IMG/VR virus record: IMGVR_UViG_3300021088_000001
Coordinates: 1-64,000 of that record
DNA length: 64,000 nucleotides
Source of the DNA: a virus
Strand: one strand, 5' to 3'
Translations under genes and position numbers: made by a program
The notes under the pieces: generated by a model
What the model was told of the DNA's origin: nothing
What the model saw: only the letters and a program-made list of their open reading frames with translations
Databases searched by the model: none
In this document: piece after piece, positions 45,320 through 54,745 of the stretch
Position numbering within the stretch: the stretch's first letter is position 1
Layout: every line of letters starts with the position of its first letter

Positions 45320-46698
45320 TTATGTTTCCTCTTATACCATTTATAGAATTCCATCTCGGCTGGAGACATCAAACCTGCAGCCACAGCAATCGTCATATGT
45401 GGGTCAAATCCATCCTCCATCTGAGTTTTCACATACTTGGGATCAATCGGCATCTGAAAATGGTGCTTGAGCCTGTCTTCTAAGGATGATAGATCTGAAC
45501 CAAGTAACACTTTACCGGAACGTGCAATTAGTAGCCCTCGAATCTCTTCTCCATATTTCACACGAACACTTGGCAGATTCACGATTTGGCGATGCTGAAT
45601 TCTTAAAGTATTTGTCAGACCACCAATATCTGCAAAAAGTTCACCGTCAATTTGATCTCGCAAGAATCCTTTTACAAGGCTATTCCTATGGTTAAGAATT
45701 CCCAATCCTGCAATATACTCTATTCCTGCACATTTAGGAAGCAGATCTTTGACAGACTGGCAAATCTCCCCACCTTTGAGATTGATCTGTGGGATATTCC
45801 TCACTTCGCCATCGTCATCTTTAACATATTTGAATGTTTCTGGAATCCACCCTAGCGAATCTAGCCAAGCTTTCATTTGTGTATGGCTAGAGGGATTACC
45901 AATCTTATAAGAAAGAACGACTTCTATATCATCTTTATGCTCAAATGGAAGCCCTAAGCCCTCTGTCAGAGCCTTCCAATTCTCTCCTGATGCTGAGAGA
46001 TCACCATTCTTTTTAAATGGTTTGGCAGGCCGTTTACGCTTAGCTGTGACAGGAACTTTAGGCATCACTTCTTTCAGAGCTTCCACCTTAATCTCAATCT
46101 CTTTCTCAAGCTGCAATTGCAATTCTTCCGCAGCCGTAACGTCTAGTGTAAACTTGTTCACTTGCTGCTGACGATATTCTTCCATCTTTTGCATGAGATA
46201 ATTGATAATACGATCAAAGTCTCTCTGATCGTCGCCAATAATTTGCTTCAATCGTTTGACTTGTCTAATCCAGAGCATTTTCTGAATCTTGCAGTCTTCT
46301 TTGACACGATGATTATATTCTTCCTGAGTTTGATTCTCCCAATCTTCAATTACAAGCTTAGGAATTCCAAATTCTTCACCATACTCACCAAGGCCATGTT
46401 TTATGCGAGTTGGTTCTAGATACCAGCTAAGTGCCAGTGTGTCAATTATTTTGATCTTACTAATATCATATCCAAGAAGGGTTAAAGCTTCGCCATCAAA
46501 CATCTTACCATTATGTATGATAAACGTGTGCCCTTGGTCAAGCCAATTCTGCACAGCATTCTTGTCAGAGCCTTCAATTAAAATGCATTCATTAGAGTCA
46601 ATTGCTAAGCTGCAGATGTTATGCAGCTTAGGGTTTTCCTGCTTCTTCATATCCTCCAACAAACCACTTGTTTCTATATCCGAGGCATAAAAAGCCAT
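45316..46698 (-). CDS. family A DNA polymerase, N-terminal part (3'-5' exonuclease to motif A)
   Basis: DIET, HNG..FD, DTL, H.L, Y...D; NT.R..H..VNLP; DLSSLEDR (A); DPH. Confidence 0.92.
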   Translation of the reverse strand: MAFYASDIETSGLLEDMKKQENPKLHNICSLAIDSNECILIEGSDKNAVQNWLDQGHTFIIHNGKMFDGEALTLLGYDISKIKIIDTLALSWYLEPTRIKHGLGEYGEEFGIPKLVIEDWENQTQEEYNHRVKEDCKIQKMLWIRQVKRLKQIIGDDQRDFDRIINYLMQKMEEYRQQQVNKFTLDVTAAEELQLQLEKEIEIKVEALKEVMPKVPVTAKRKRPAKPFKKNGDLSASGENWKALTEGLGLPFEHKDDIEVVLSYKIGNPSSHTQMKAWLDSLGWIPETFKYVKDDDGEVRNIPQINLKGGEICQSVKDLLPKCAGIEYIAGLGILNHRNSLVKGFLRDQIDGELFADIGGLTNTLRIQHRQIVNLPSVRVKYGEEIRGLLIARSGKVLLGSDLSSLEDRLKHHFQMPIDPKYVKTQMEDGFDPHMTIAVAAGLMSPAEMEFYKWYKRKHK

Positions 46699-46862
46699 CT
46701 ACTCCTCCTCTTCTCCATCCTCCACAACCTCATAATATGGCCGATTATTCCACCAATCAGCTCCCAATGCAATGACTAATCCTGCAGTGAATGTGATAAC
46801 TGGAGGACTAACCAGAAGACACGCTAACAGCCAAACAACGCTAATTATAATCATGTTTGCTC

Positions 46863-47405
46863 CTAATGTAATGTAGTCATGTAGCGCTGGTTAGTAAGTT
46901 CATAGTACCTTTTAAGGAATTCCTCTCGTGCTTTTTTAGGACTCCAAGGTTTGAGCTTTACATCCCAAATAAATGTACCGTCCAAAAAATCCCAATGTTC
47001 GCTTGGAGGTTTAAAATTAAGCACTTCAACCAAAAGTGCCTCTCTATCTGCAATGTGTACTTCAGGTCGCATTGGGTACTCAAGATTGTAACGCCTGAAA
47101 ATTTCCTTCTCGTGAATCTTTTCTAATTCACGATAGTCTTTCAATAGTGCTTTGAGCGGCGAGGGCAGATCCGTTAGAAACGCTTCACTTGCGTCATGTA
47201 AAAGTCCATCCAACGCATAAGCAGGATCAATTATCTCACTAACAAACACGCAATGCTGAGCAATCGAAAAAAACTTATCTACATGGCCTGCATATCTTGA
47301 CTGATTGGAGAGTGCAAGAGCTACATCCTCAATTTCCCAACAATTTTTCTCTGGCTCCAGATAATCATAAAATTGCCCAGACTGTAAAAGTATCCCGCTT
47401 CGCAT
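46863..47405 (-). CDS. HD-domain phosphohydrolase (YfbR/YfdR-like deoxynucleotidase)
   Basis: RYAGH, SIAQH, LLHDASEA..DLPSPLK, AD. Confidence 0.88.
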   Translation of the reverse strand: MRSGILLQSGQFYDYLEPEKNCWEIEDVALALSNQSRYAGHVDKFFSIAQHCVFVSEIIDPAYALDGLLHDASEAFLTDLPSPLKALLKDYRELEKIHEKEIFRRYNLEYPMRPEVHIADREALLVEVLNFKPPSEHWDFLDGTFIWDVKLKPWSPKKAREEFLKRYYELTNQRYMTTLH

Positions 47406-47407
47406 AG

Positions 47408-48007
47408 TTATTCCTTTCCGTGGCGTTCTGTGTAACCTGCTCCAAGGCGATTCATTTCATCTATAGCGGATTGCCTTGCATTTACCGCCATCTTTATTGC
47501 TGCGTCTTTTCCATACTTCTTAAATGAAAATGATTTGCTTCTTTTATTTCCATCGAGGTCATACCATTCTGTTCTTGCGCTTTTATATACATTATTACCT
47601 CGGACATCTGAGCGTAAGTATGTTCCTGTAATGCCTGATGAGTTGTTGATAGACCTGTGTTTATTTCTTCCATTTACTGCTTGTGTCACAATTCTCAGAT
47701 TAGTTATTGTGTTATCAGCAGCATTTTTATTAATGTGGTCCACAACAAATCCATTCGCAATTTTTCCATTGTGCATTTCATATATAACTCTATGAACCTG
47801 TCTAGTCTTTGAAAATAATTTTACTCTCCAATATTTTTGATTTGGCAAATCTTTGAGATTTCTTTGGCATCCTGCTATACTGTCTTTCAATGTAGCTATC
47901 TGCCTATAGGATCTTCCCTTGTGGCGAGTTATCTTCCACCTCAAACAAGAAGGACTTGTCTCGTCGTAATAAAACCAATCGTGCCAATTAATATCTTCGC
48001 TCATCAA
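47408..48007 (-). CDS. free-standing HNH homing endonuclease with AP2-like C-terminus
   Basis: YDETSPSCLRW, VHRVI, VDHIN....DN...NLR, SFS.KKYG. Confidence 0.9.
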   Translation of the reverse strand: MMSEDINWHDWFYYDETSPSCLRWKITRHKGRSYRQIATLKDSIAGCQRNLKDLPNQKYWRVKLFSKTRQVHRVIYEMHNGKIANGFVVDHINKNAADNTITNLRIVTQAVNGRNKHRSINNSSGITGTYLRSDVRGNNVYKSARTEWYDLDGNKRSKSFSFKKYGKDAAIKMAVNARQSAIDEMNRLGAGYTERHGKE

Positions 48008-48387
48008 TACTTCTTCCCACCCTCAGCTTCACGAGATTCTTTCTTGTGGTCTAGTCGCTTCTTATTGTATTCCATCTTCTCAGCCATAGCTCCTCCAATA
48101 TCAAATCCATATGCTCCAGCAAGATCAAAGATACGAATAAGCGCATCAGCAAGTTCTACCTCTGAACAAAGCCTATGTGGCAAATGTTTATCCCTCTCCC
48201 CTGTTCTATCTCCTTCGAGAGCCTCTGATAACTCTGAATGACAAAGTGCAATTTTATTACTAAACATAAGAGGCTCATATGCTAGAAATTTCCCATCTTT
48301 GTCGTGCCACCATCCTGCAGCATGAGAAGCTTCATAACACAGGAATTGTAAATGATTTGCAAAATTCTTAATTGTAAGTTTATCCAT
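48004..48387 (-). CDS. MazG-like nucleotide pyrophosphohydrolase
   Basis: HSELSEALE, EVELAD..IRI.D, EKM.YN..R; RBS TAAGGA before ATG 48387. Confidence 0.85.
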   Translation of the reverse strand: MDKLTIKNFANHLQFLCYEASHAAGWWHDKDGKFLAYEPLMFSNKIALCHSELSEALEGDRTGERDKHLPHRLCSEVELADALIRIFDLAGAYGFDIGGAMAEKMEYNKKRLDHKKESREAEGGKKY

Positions 48388-49798
48388 TATATTCCTTATT
48401 ATCCTTGATCGTATAATGACGTGGCGTTTTATCTGCATGCAACTTCTGTACACTTTGTGCAATCTTAGACAATGCTTCAGATTCTTGGTTATACCCACCA
48501 CTAATTTGTCGATCATCAATAAGACTGCCCACAGAACGTGCCTCCAACAAAATCGCTACATTTGCCAATACAGCCCCAAGATGAGGGACTCCATCAGCAG
48601 GATCATATTCTTGCCCCTCCATCCAAGCACTAAAATGTCGCTGGATTGCTGCAATATAAATAGAAGCTGGAACAGGGGTTGCTTTGAAATTGCCGTATCC
48701 ATATTTGCCGCCGTTCAACATTCCCAGAGATCCATAAGCTGTCGCAAGAGGCGACCACAGATGAAGTGGAAGCTTCGCTTGTCCAAAAGCTGTCTTAGGA
48801 TTAACTGGCATTACATTTAATGCTTCTTCATAAGCATTAGATTCCTCTGGTGTCCCTAAGTATTCCTCAGCCACAAACGGAGTGAAATTCTCCTTATGCA
48901 CAGCATCTCCATCCTCAATCATCTTATCCACCATCTCGTCAATTGTCAAGGAGTTATTCTGCATAGGTTGTTCTTCTACGATACGATAGGATGTGATTTC
49001 CTGTTCTCTATTTTCAAAATCAAAACTACACCAATGGAAATCTTCAGCACGATATGAAGTATCAGTGTAAAGATTTCCATTCAGATATACTTGCACCAAA
49101 GTGTCAGGTGGTACAGGACACTCACTACCCTCAGTAGCATTCCATTCAATCCAACCGTCCTTGTCAGCTTTAGATTTCTTAACCTTCTTTGGAAGCATTC
49201 CTGCTGCCTCGAATAATGCTATTTGGAAGGCTTGCTTATATTCTGTGTTCCACACAGGCTTGATAGCATTATTCGAGAAACTCAAACTGCCATCTCGGTT
49301 AACGCTAATCGCAATAGGATAATTCTCGTTATAAAAAGTTTTTTCCTGTTTGCCAAAACCCCACTCTAATCCTAATGTAAATAAAGCCCTCTGCACCATA
49401 TCACTCTCTTCTTTATTCTCAACAACAAAATAGCATCCTGCAAATCGCGCCAAGCGTTTCGCAGCTTTGTGGGCTTTGTAATCAGTTTTCTTTTTCTCTT
49501 TGAAGGCTTTGGCACACGTAAGTAAGAATCCAAGACTATATGATGTTAAATTTTTGTAACTATTACAAGTGTCTGAATCATGGAATTTCTCACTTGAATA
49601 CGTCATCTTGCAATTCTCATCAGAGTAAATATAACCCTGCTTATAAATAATATTATTTTTATCTTCAGAAAGAAATTGGCGTTGTTCGCCCGGAGTGTGA
49701 TCTGCCCAATAATGCCCAAGTGTAAAAAGAGCTTGTTGTGCTTGTTCACACTCTAATGGTGTGGTAAAGTAGATCTTCGTATTCTTAAACTCTGACAT
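48380..49798 (-). CDS. multidomain protein with a C-terminal dATP/dGTP diphosphohydrolase (DUF5664-like) domain
   Basis: NPK...G..K.PL.L, G.KYG..N, Y..A..RH..AW..G...DP..G..HL; duplicated Q.ALFTLG..W domain; WIEW....CPV. Confidence 0.75.
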   Translation of the reverse strand: MSEFKNTKIYFTTPLECEQAQQALFTLGHYWADHTPGEQRQFLSEDKNNIIYKQGYIYSDENCKMTYSSEKFHDSDTCNSYKNLTSYSLGFLLTCAKAFKEKKKTDYKAHKAAKRLARFAGCYFVVENKEESDMVQRALFTLGLEWGFGKQEKTFYNENYPIAISVNRDGSLSFSNNAIKPVWNTEYKQAFQIALFEAAGMLPKKVKKSKADKDGWIEWNATEGSECPVPPDTLVQVYLNGNLYTDTSYRAEDFHWCSFDFENREQEITSYRIVEEQPMQNNSLTIDEMVDKMIEDGDAVHKENFTPFVAEEYLGTPEESNAYEEALNVMPVNPKTAFGQAKLPLHLWSPLATAYGSLGMLNGGKYGYGNFKATPVPASIYIAAIQRHFSAWMEGQEYDPADGVPHLGAVLANVAILLEARSVGSLIDDRQISGGYNQESEALSKIAQSVQKLHADKTPRHYTIKDNKEYNG

Positions 49799-49829
49799 TC
49801 ATTTCTCCTGTGTGTAATCTGATGTTTGT

Positions 49830-49858
49830 ATTCTATATTTAATTGTTGAGGATGTCAA
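49830..49858 (-). promoter_or_regulatory. sigma70-like promoter
   Basis: TTGACA-17-TAGAAT; -35 contains the primase-helicase stop codon. Confidence 0.75.
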
Positions 49859-51636
49859 GCTTTGTTTGGTTTGAATGTCTCGCTTCCAAATGACATACCT
49901 TTCAATCCAAGCCAGTCATCTTTATCATACAAGGTATGAGTAGCATTATCATAGTAGTATTGGCCAACCATTCCTGTATTTCCAGACCAGCGACATTTAG
50001 TCATCTTCATGTAAGTTGTGTTCTTTTCTAGATCTTCATCGGCCTCTTTATTTCGAGTGAACAGGAGATTACATGCTGCACTTTTGAATATGCTAGAACT
50101 TCCAAGAAAGTCTTCTTCATGTAAGTCTGCACCAGTGCTTCCTTGCTTACCACCTTGTGGTGTTTTTCTCGTGTGATTAATATTGATAAATGTCACCCCA
50201 TGAGATTTCAAGATACCCTTCATCCATCTCTGGAACACTGCCTGCTCTTCATTACTCAATCCGTCCATCAAATCTTGAAGAGGGTCAATGATAATCACCT
50301 TACATTCGCAAGACACAATCAATTCCATGATAAGAGATTTAATTGATTCTAATCCGCCATCCCTATCTTCAATAAGATGCCAACGATCTGTGCCATCGGG
50401 CTGCTTCCACAACTCTTCCTCCCTCCTCAACACTTCAGGAGAGTTAAGGAACGAAAGCTTATCTTCAACAGACTCAATAAGGTCTATCTTCCTACCGACA
50501 TGGCGAGACAGTATCTTTGTGCCATATTGCCCACTATCAGATTCTAGTGAGAGTACACCAATTTTATGTGGACTATTAAACACCCAGAAATATGCGCATT
50601 CATCTGCAATTGTACTCTTTCCTGTCCCCGAAGCACTTCCGAGATTGACAATAACTCCTAGTGGTATTCCTGCTGCCATAGCTTTCTGTACTTTGTGCAT
50701 AAATGGTGGCAATGGTATTTTAGGAATTGCGGCTGCTTCACGAATCTTCTGTCCTAAACTACTACTACCCACAATACCATCTGGACTGTAGGGTACGGCA
50801 TCAAAGAAAGCTCGAAGGAATTGCTTCTCTTTACCTTTAGTAAGATACTCATTAGCATCTTTAAGGGTAAGTTTCATAACAAACATCTTATTCTTCGGCA
50901 ACACATCTACAAGCTTTTTAACAGCCTCTCTGCCAGCATCGTCATTATCGTAGCACACCACAATACGCTGTGCCTGATTAAGCCATGCATATTGTAATTG
51001 TACTTGTTTAAAACTTCCAGATTCACCGATAGCGCTAGAAACTACTGGAGTGGCATCAAAATCACTTCCCTTGCCAACACGGTAATTCTCAAGCATCTGG
51101 AATGCACTCATTGCATCAATCTCACCAGCACACAACAACACATATTTAGCCTGATGGTCTTTCCATTTCCATTGGCCAAATAATTCTGAATTCTTACCAA
51201 TCTTTCCTACTGAATAGAAATCCTTAACGGGCGTAGACCGTACTTTGAAGCCTGCAGCCTTGTAATCTTGTGTGTAAGGATAATAGTGCTCAACAACTTC
51301 TGCAGTCTCTTCGTTGTATTTAAATCGGCAAGCATAAGCCTTGTATGTCTCGTCAGTAATCCCTCGTTGTCCTTTTCCTGATGTGCCAGTATACTCCTTG
51401 ATTGCTTCTATTTCTTCTGGAGTGATAATTTCTTTAGTACTCACTTCGGAGTCCTGATATTCATATTTGTCAATCCCTTTCTGTTCTTTTTGTTCGTCAG
51501 ATAACTCTGTATAAAAGCAGGCATGACAATAGCCTCCTAATCCTTCGCCATAATAGTGAAAGTTATTTCCAGAGGTATCACGTCCATTTTTACGACAACG
51601 TTTGCAAGGATTTTTTCCGACTATGTACTTTGTCAT
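49855..51636 (-). CDS. primase-helicase (T7 gp4-like)
   Basis: Zinc finger CKRC...CHAC; TOPRIM GEID and YDND.AG, KDANE; Walker A GSASGTGKS; IIDP; INH. Confidence 0.93.
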   Translation of the reverse strand: MTKYIVGKNPCKRCRKNGRDTSGNNFHYYGEGLGGYCHACFYTELSDEQKEQKGIDKYEYQDSEVSTKEIITPEEIEAIKEYTGTSGKGQRGITDETYKAYACRFKYNEETAEVVEHYYPYTQDYKAAGFKVRSTPVKDFYSVGKIGKNSELFGQWKWKDHQAKYVLLCAGEIDAMSAFQMLENYRVGKGSDFDATPVVSSAIGESGSFKQVQLQYAWLNQAQRIVVCYDNDDAGREAVKKLVDVLPKNKMFVMKLTLKDANEYLTKGKEKQFLRAFFDAVPYSPDGIVGSSSLGQKIREAAAIPKIPLPPFMHKVQKAMAAGIPLGVIVNLGSASGTGKSTIADECAYFWVFNSPHKIGVLSLESDSGQYGTKILSRHVGRKIDLIESVEDKLSFLNSPEVLRREEELWKQPDGTDRWHLIEDRDGGLESIKSLIMELIVSCECKVIIIDPLQDLMDGLSNEEQAVFQRWMKGILKSHGVTFININHTRKTPQGGKQGSTGADLHEEDFLGSSSIFKSAACNLLFTRNKEADEDLEKNTTYMKMTKCRWSGNTGMVGQYYYDNATHTLYDKDDWLGLKGMSFGSETFKPNKA

Positions 51637-51650
51637 ACAATATATACCAT

Positions 51651-51860
51651 TCAGTCTCCCCAATTATACTCAAAACCATAATCCCACTCTTGGCATAAGT
51701 AGTCGATAGCCTCATCATCTTCAACGGAAATACCCTCTTCTTTAGTTTCTTCAGTGGGGTAAATTATTCCGCCCTTACTGACGAGAAAATTTCCAGCTAA
51801 TTGCGCCCACGCTGAGCATTCGTCCCATCTACTACTTAGATACTCATTTGCTTGTGGCAT
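51651..51860 (-). CDS. acidic hypothetical protein
   Basis: RBS GGAGG; own promoter TTGACA-17-TATAAT at 51906-51878; AI.YLC.EWDY. Confidence 0.65.
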   Translation of the reverse strand: MPQANEYLSSRWDECSAWAQLAGNFLVSKGGIIYPTEETKEEGISVEDDEAIDYLCQEWDYGFEYNWGD

Positions 51861-51932
51861 ATTTCCTCCAAAATTCGATTATAACTTACCTCGTGGCACT
51901 TGTCAATGTCAGAGTGTTAATCCTCAGTATAA

Positions 51933-52910
51933 TCACTCCATTCTGTCGTGGTTCTCTCCATCAATAAGCTTTCTATATTGAATCCAGCCTTTAAGTGGTC
52001 CACTCCACAGTTGCTCATTCCTGTCCATATGGCTAATTCCTTTTTCCCATGTGCTAGGATATGATGGAATATTGACACAGCCTGACAACAATTTATGCAA
52101 TACTCTCTTCTGACATGGATTAGCCTGATGCTCAAATGCACTAGCATGCTTCCTATCAGAGCCAACAAGCTTATCATACACTTCAATACACTTTGCCAGA
52201 CTATAATCTTCGTTCCTGTAACTCACTGCAGCACAGCGTGCACAGGATACTTTAATTGCGTCATCTAGACTGATTGGCACACCATCTCCGAGATGGAATG
52301 TCTGTCCTTTATAACCTAATGACGGATTAAAGCTATCTACATATGGCAGATGCCATTCTCCAGCTTTTAGAAATTGTGGAGTAGAAGTAGCCATAGCTGC
52401 TTTCATACATCGTGCTAATTCTTCCAAACTAGGATCTGCAGCATTGTGATTACGCAGCCAAAAGAAGTTAGCCCACTCTGTGCCGCTAATCACTGTCTTC
52501 ATCATCTGCCAAGGCTCTGTGAGGCGGTTAAAAATTTGCTTACTGTAGCCAGCTTCATAGAATGACCTAGACACCTTTATAGCCTCCAGTTTAGCCTCAT
52601 GCCATGCAACTACTGGCGTGCTTCCATATGTGTCGTTATACACATATGCATCATGATCTCCACCATCCCGCATTCCCGGATTAGCTGCTCCAAATCGTAC
52701 AGGCATTCCTGTAAGCTGCTTCTGCATCTTCTCGAATGGAATAGCTCTACTGGATGCAGAGTTCTTTGGTAACATCCGATGCGTATTTAGCTCAGATAGT
52801 ATTATCCGAGGATACTCAATTTCCATTGTAGTAAAACGAATTCTTGCCTCTGAAATGCTATCACAGAGTATTGTGGCTTTGATGCCAACTCTACCTTCGA
52901 TTGTGATCAA
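51933..52910 (-). CDS. thyX: flavin-dependent thymidylate synthase
   Basis: ELNTHR....SASSRAIP, KQ..NRL.EP, NFF.LR, ARCA.VSY, HAS.FEH. Confidence 0.9.
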   Translation of the reverse strand: MITIEGRVGIKATILCDSISEARIRFTTMEIEYPRIILSELNTHRMLPKNSASSRAIPFEKMQKQLTGMPVRFGAANPGMRDGGDHDAYVYNDTYGSTPVVAWHEAKLEAIKVSRSFYEAGYSKQIFNRLTEPWQMMKTVISGTEWANFFWLRNHNAADPSLEELARCMKAAMATSTPQFLKAGEWHLPYVDSFNPSLGYKGQTFHLGDGVPISLDDAIKVSCARCAAVSYRNEDYSLAKCIEVYDKLVGSDRKHASAFEHQANPCQKRVLHKLLSGCVNIPSYPSTWEKGISHMDRNEQLWSGPLKGWIQYRKLIDGENHDRME

Positions 52911-53129
52911 TTACTTATCCTTTCCGGTAATCTTCTTAAGCTCATTAAGAGCCTTAATCATATAATCGATATCTTCAATAAGAATTGATATCTCCTCATT
53001 GCCATCAATAACACTAAACCAATCAGATGACGCCCGGTCATAATGTAGAATCTCCTCTGAAGTTCCAAACTGAATTTCAGTAATATCCTCATCAGTTGGA
53101 AGCATAGCTCTTATATTAATATATGCCAT
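52911..53129 (-). CDS. acidic hypothetical protein
   Basis: RBS GGAG; coupled to neighbours. Confidence 0.6.
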   Translation of the reverse strand: MAYINIRAMLPTDEDITEIQFGTSEEILHYDRASSDWFSVIDGNEEISILIEDIDYMIKALNELKKITGKDK

Positions 53130-53291
53130 TATTTCTCCAATTTCTCATAAAGTTTATACAACGAAACACTCTCAGAATAATATCCATTACTCTTTCCAAG
53201 CCACCAGATATCTACATAACCTTTAATCGTAGCAAGCTTATAGAATGTCCATGTTGTTTTAATGCTACTCCTGATGATCTTCTGAATATCT

Positions 53292-54221
53292 CTAGTAAAA
53301 TACTTCTTTACCTCTCTGATAAGGCTTAATCCTCCCATCCAAAAGAGCATTAGAAAACCTCTGAAAATAATCATCTAAATACAATTGCCTAACAGCATCA
53401 TAATTTTCATAAGCAAATTCTCTCCACCAACCTGATGAGATGCTCGTACAGCATTTGAAAAGTGCATAGTCAAATGCTTCTCTGGGCGTCATACTTCCTG
53501 TATAGGGTACTAAACTACGCTCAATTGCCAATACCATCGACTCTTCCACTACACTGAGCAATTTAATATTTTCATCGGAGGCTTCAAATTTATTTTTGCT
53601 ACATTGCACTTCAGCTTCATCTACTTTAAAATACATGTATGCTGGCTTATCTAAATGTTTTATTGCCACGTGGATAGAGTCATGGTCATAGATGTATGGC
53701 ACATTATCTGTGAAGAATTCATCCTTAGATTTATTCAATTTAGGATGTGAGTAGTTATAAGTATCTTTCATACGTTGATTGTAGAACTCATAAGCACTCT
53801 CTGGTATGAATGCTCCATGTTGTCTCATCAACTTAATATCTTGTCGTGTCTTCTCGAAGTGGGGAGAATTCTTAAGATAGCGGTGAGACATCTTGAGCAT
53901 ATAAAGACAGTTCAGACTTGGAATTAATGCATCAGTACCATTTAGCACAACTTGCTCAAAACCTTCCTCCATATGCACAAACTCTTTAAGTCTCTCAGCC
54001 ATACTGTCAGGCCAAGCCACTTCAGCTTCAATAATACGTCTATCTGTTTTTACATAGACTGTCTTACCACTATTTATAGGATATTGTGCTAACACTTTCT
54101 CACCAAGATTATTGATGAATTCTTGGATTTCATCATACGAGCCAACGAGGTCTAGATCAGCAGGTTTTCGTGGCAAATCAATATGATAAGCTAATGCACA
54201 GCTTCCGATTAGTACTAGCAC
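53292..54221 (-). CDS. Pol-beta-superfamily nucleotidyltransferase-like protein with a C-terminal helical domain
   Basis: LIGS.AL...ADLDL; LY.LK.SH; HDSIH; SGWWREF; TTG start after AAGGAG. Confidence 0.7.
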   Translation of the reverse strand: MLVLIGSCALAYHIDLPRKPADLDLVGSYDEIQEFINNLGEKVLAQYPINSGKTVYVKTDRRIIEAEVAWPDSMAERLKEFVHMEEGFEQVVLNGTDALIPSLNCLYMLKMSHRYLKNSPHFEKTRQDIKLMRQHGAFIPESAYEFYNQRMKDTYNYSHPKLNKSKDEFFTDNVPYIYDHDSIHVAIKHLDKPAYMYFKVDEAEVQCSKNKFEASDENIKLLSVVEESMVLAIERSLVPYTGSMTPREAFDYALFKCCTSISSGWWREFAYENYDAVRQLYLDDYFQRFSNALLDGRIKPYQRGKEVFY

Positions 54222-54234
54222 AATTTCTCCTTAA

Positions 54235-54471
54235 TTAACAACTTTGATTACTTGGATGCCAACCTTTATCGCCCCACGGAGAATCATCGGTTGGACAATA
54301 GAAGCCACCAACACTGTAACCCTCTTCATATGAGTTTCCTTCTCCACCCCATGGAAGCTCAAACACTATATTAAATTCGTTAGAGAGTTTGATACACTCG
54401 TCAAATAATTCACGAAGTTGTGCACATTTTGACGACAGCAAAGCTGCTGCAGCTTCTTGTGTATGGTCCAT
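54235..54471 (-). CDS. small protein ending W-x-x-S-x-x-x-C (paralogue 2)
   Basis: ATG 54471 follows the upstream stop by 1 nt; ends GWHPSNQSC*. Confidence 0.75.
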   Translation of the reverse strand: MDHTQEAAAALLSSKCAQLRELFDECIKLSNEFNIVFELPWGGEGNSYEEGYSVGGFYCPTDDSPWGDKGWHPSNQSC

Positions 54472-54472
54472 A

Positions 54473-54745
54473 TTAACAATCATACGAAGAGCTATTCCAC
54501 TCAGGATGCAGCTCTTCAACAGCCTCAAAATCATACTTCAACTCTCGCAAGTCTATAGTAATTCCAGACAGTGTAACAAGTTCTTTGATCTCTGTCAATA
54601 GAAGTTTGATAGACTGAATCTTTGCAGCGCAGTCAATTGAAGCTTGCTTCTGGATGATGAGTTTCTGACGCGCAAACTCTTTCAGATCAATTGTTGGCAG
54701 CTCTACCAATTCTGCAGGGTTGGCTTTCTTTTTGATTTCATTCAT
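54473..54745 (-). CDS. small protein ending W-x-x-S-x-x-x-C (paralogue 1)
   Basis: RBS AAGGAG; ends EWNSSSYDC*. Confidence 0.75.
   Translation of the reverse strand: MNEIKKKANPAELVELPTIDLKEFARQKLIIQKQASIDCAAKIQSIKLLLTEIKELVTLSGITIDLRELKYDFEAVEELHPEWNSSSYDC

Noticed and set aside
46863-49798. Complete Z-genome (purZ/datZ/mazZ) system
   Set aside because: No adenylosuccinate-synthetase-like purZ in the window, and the HD protein looks YfdR-like; retained only as a low-level finding.
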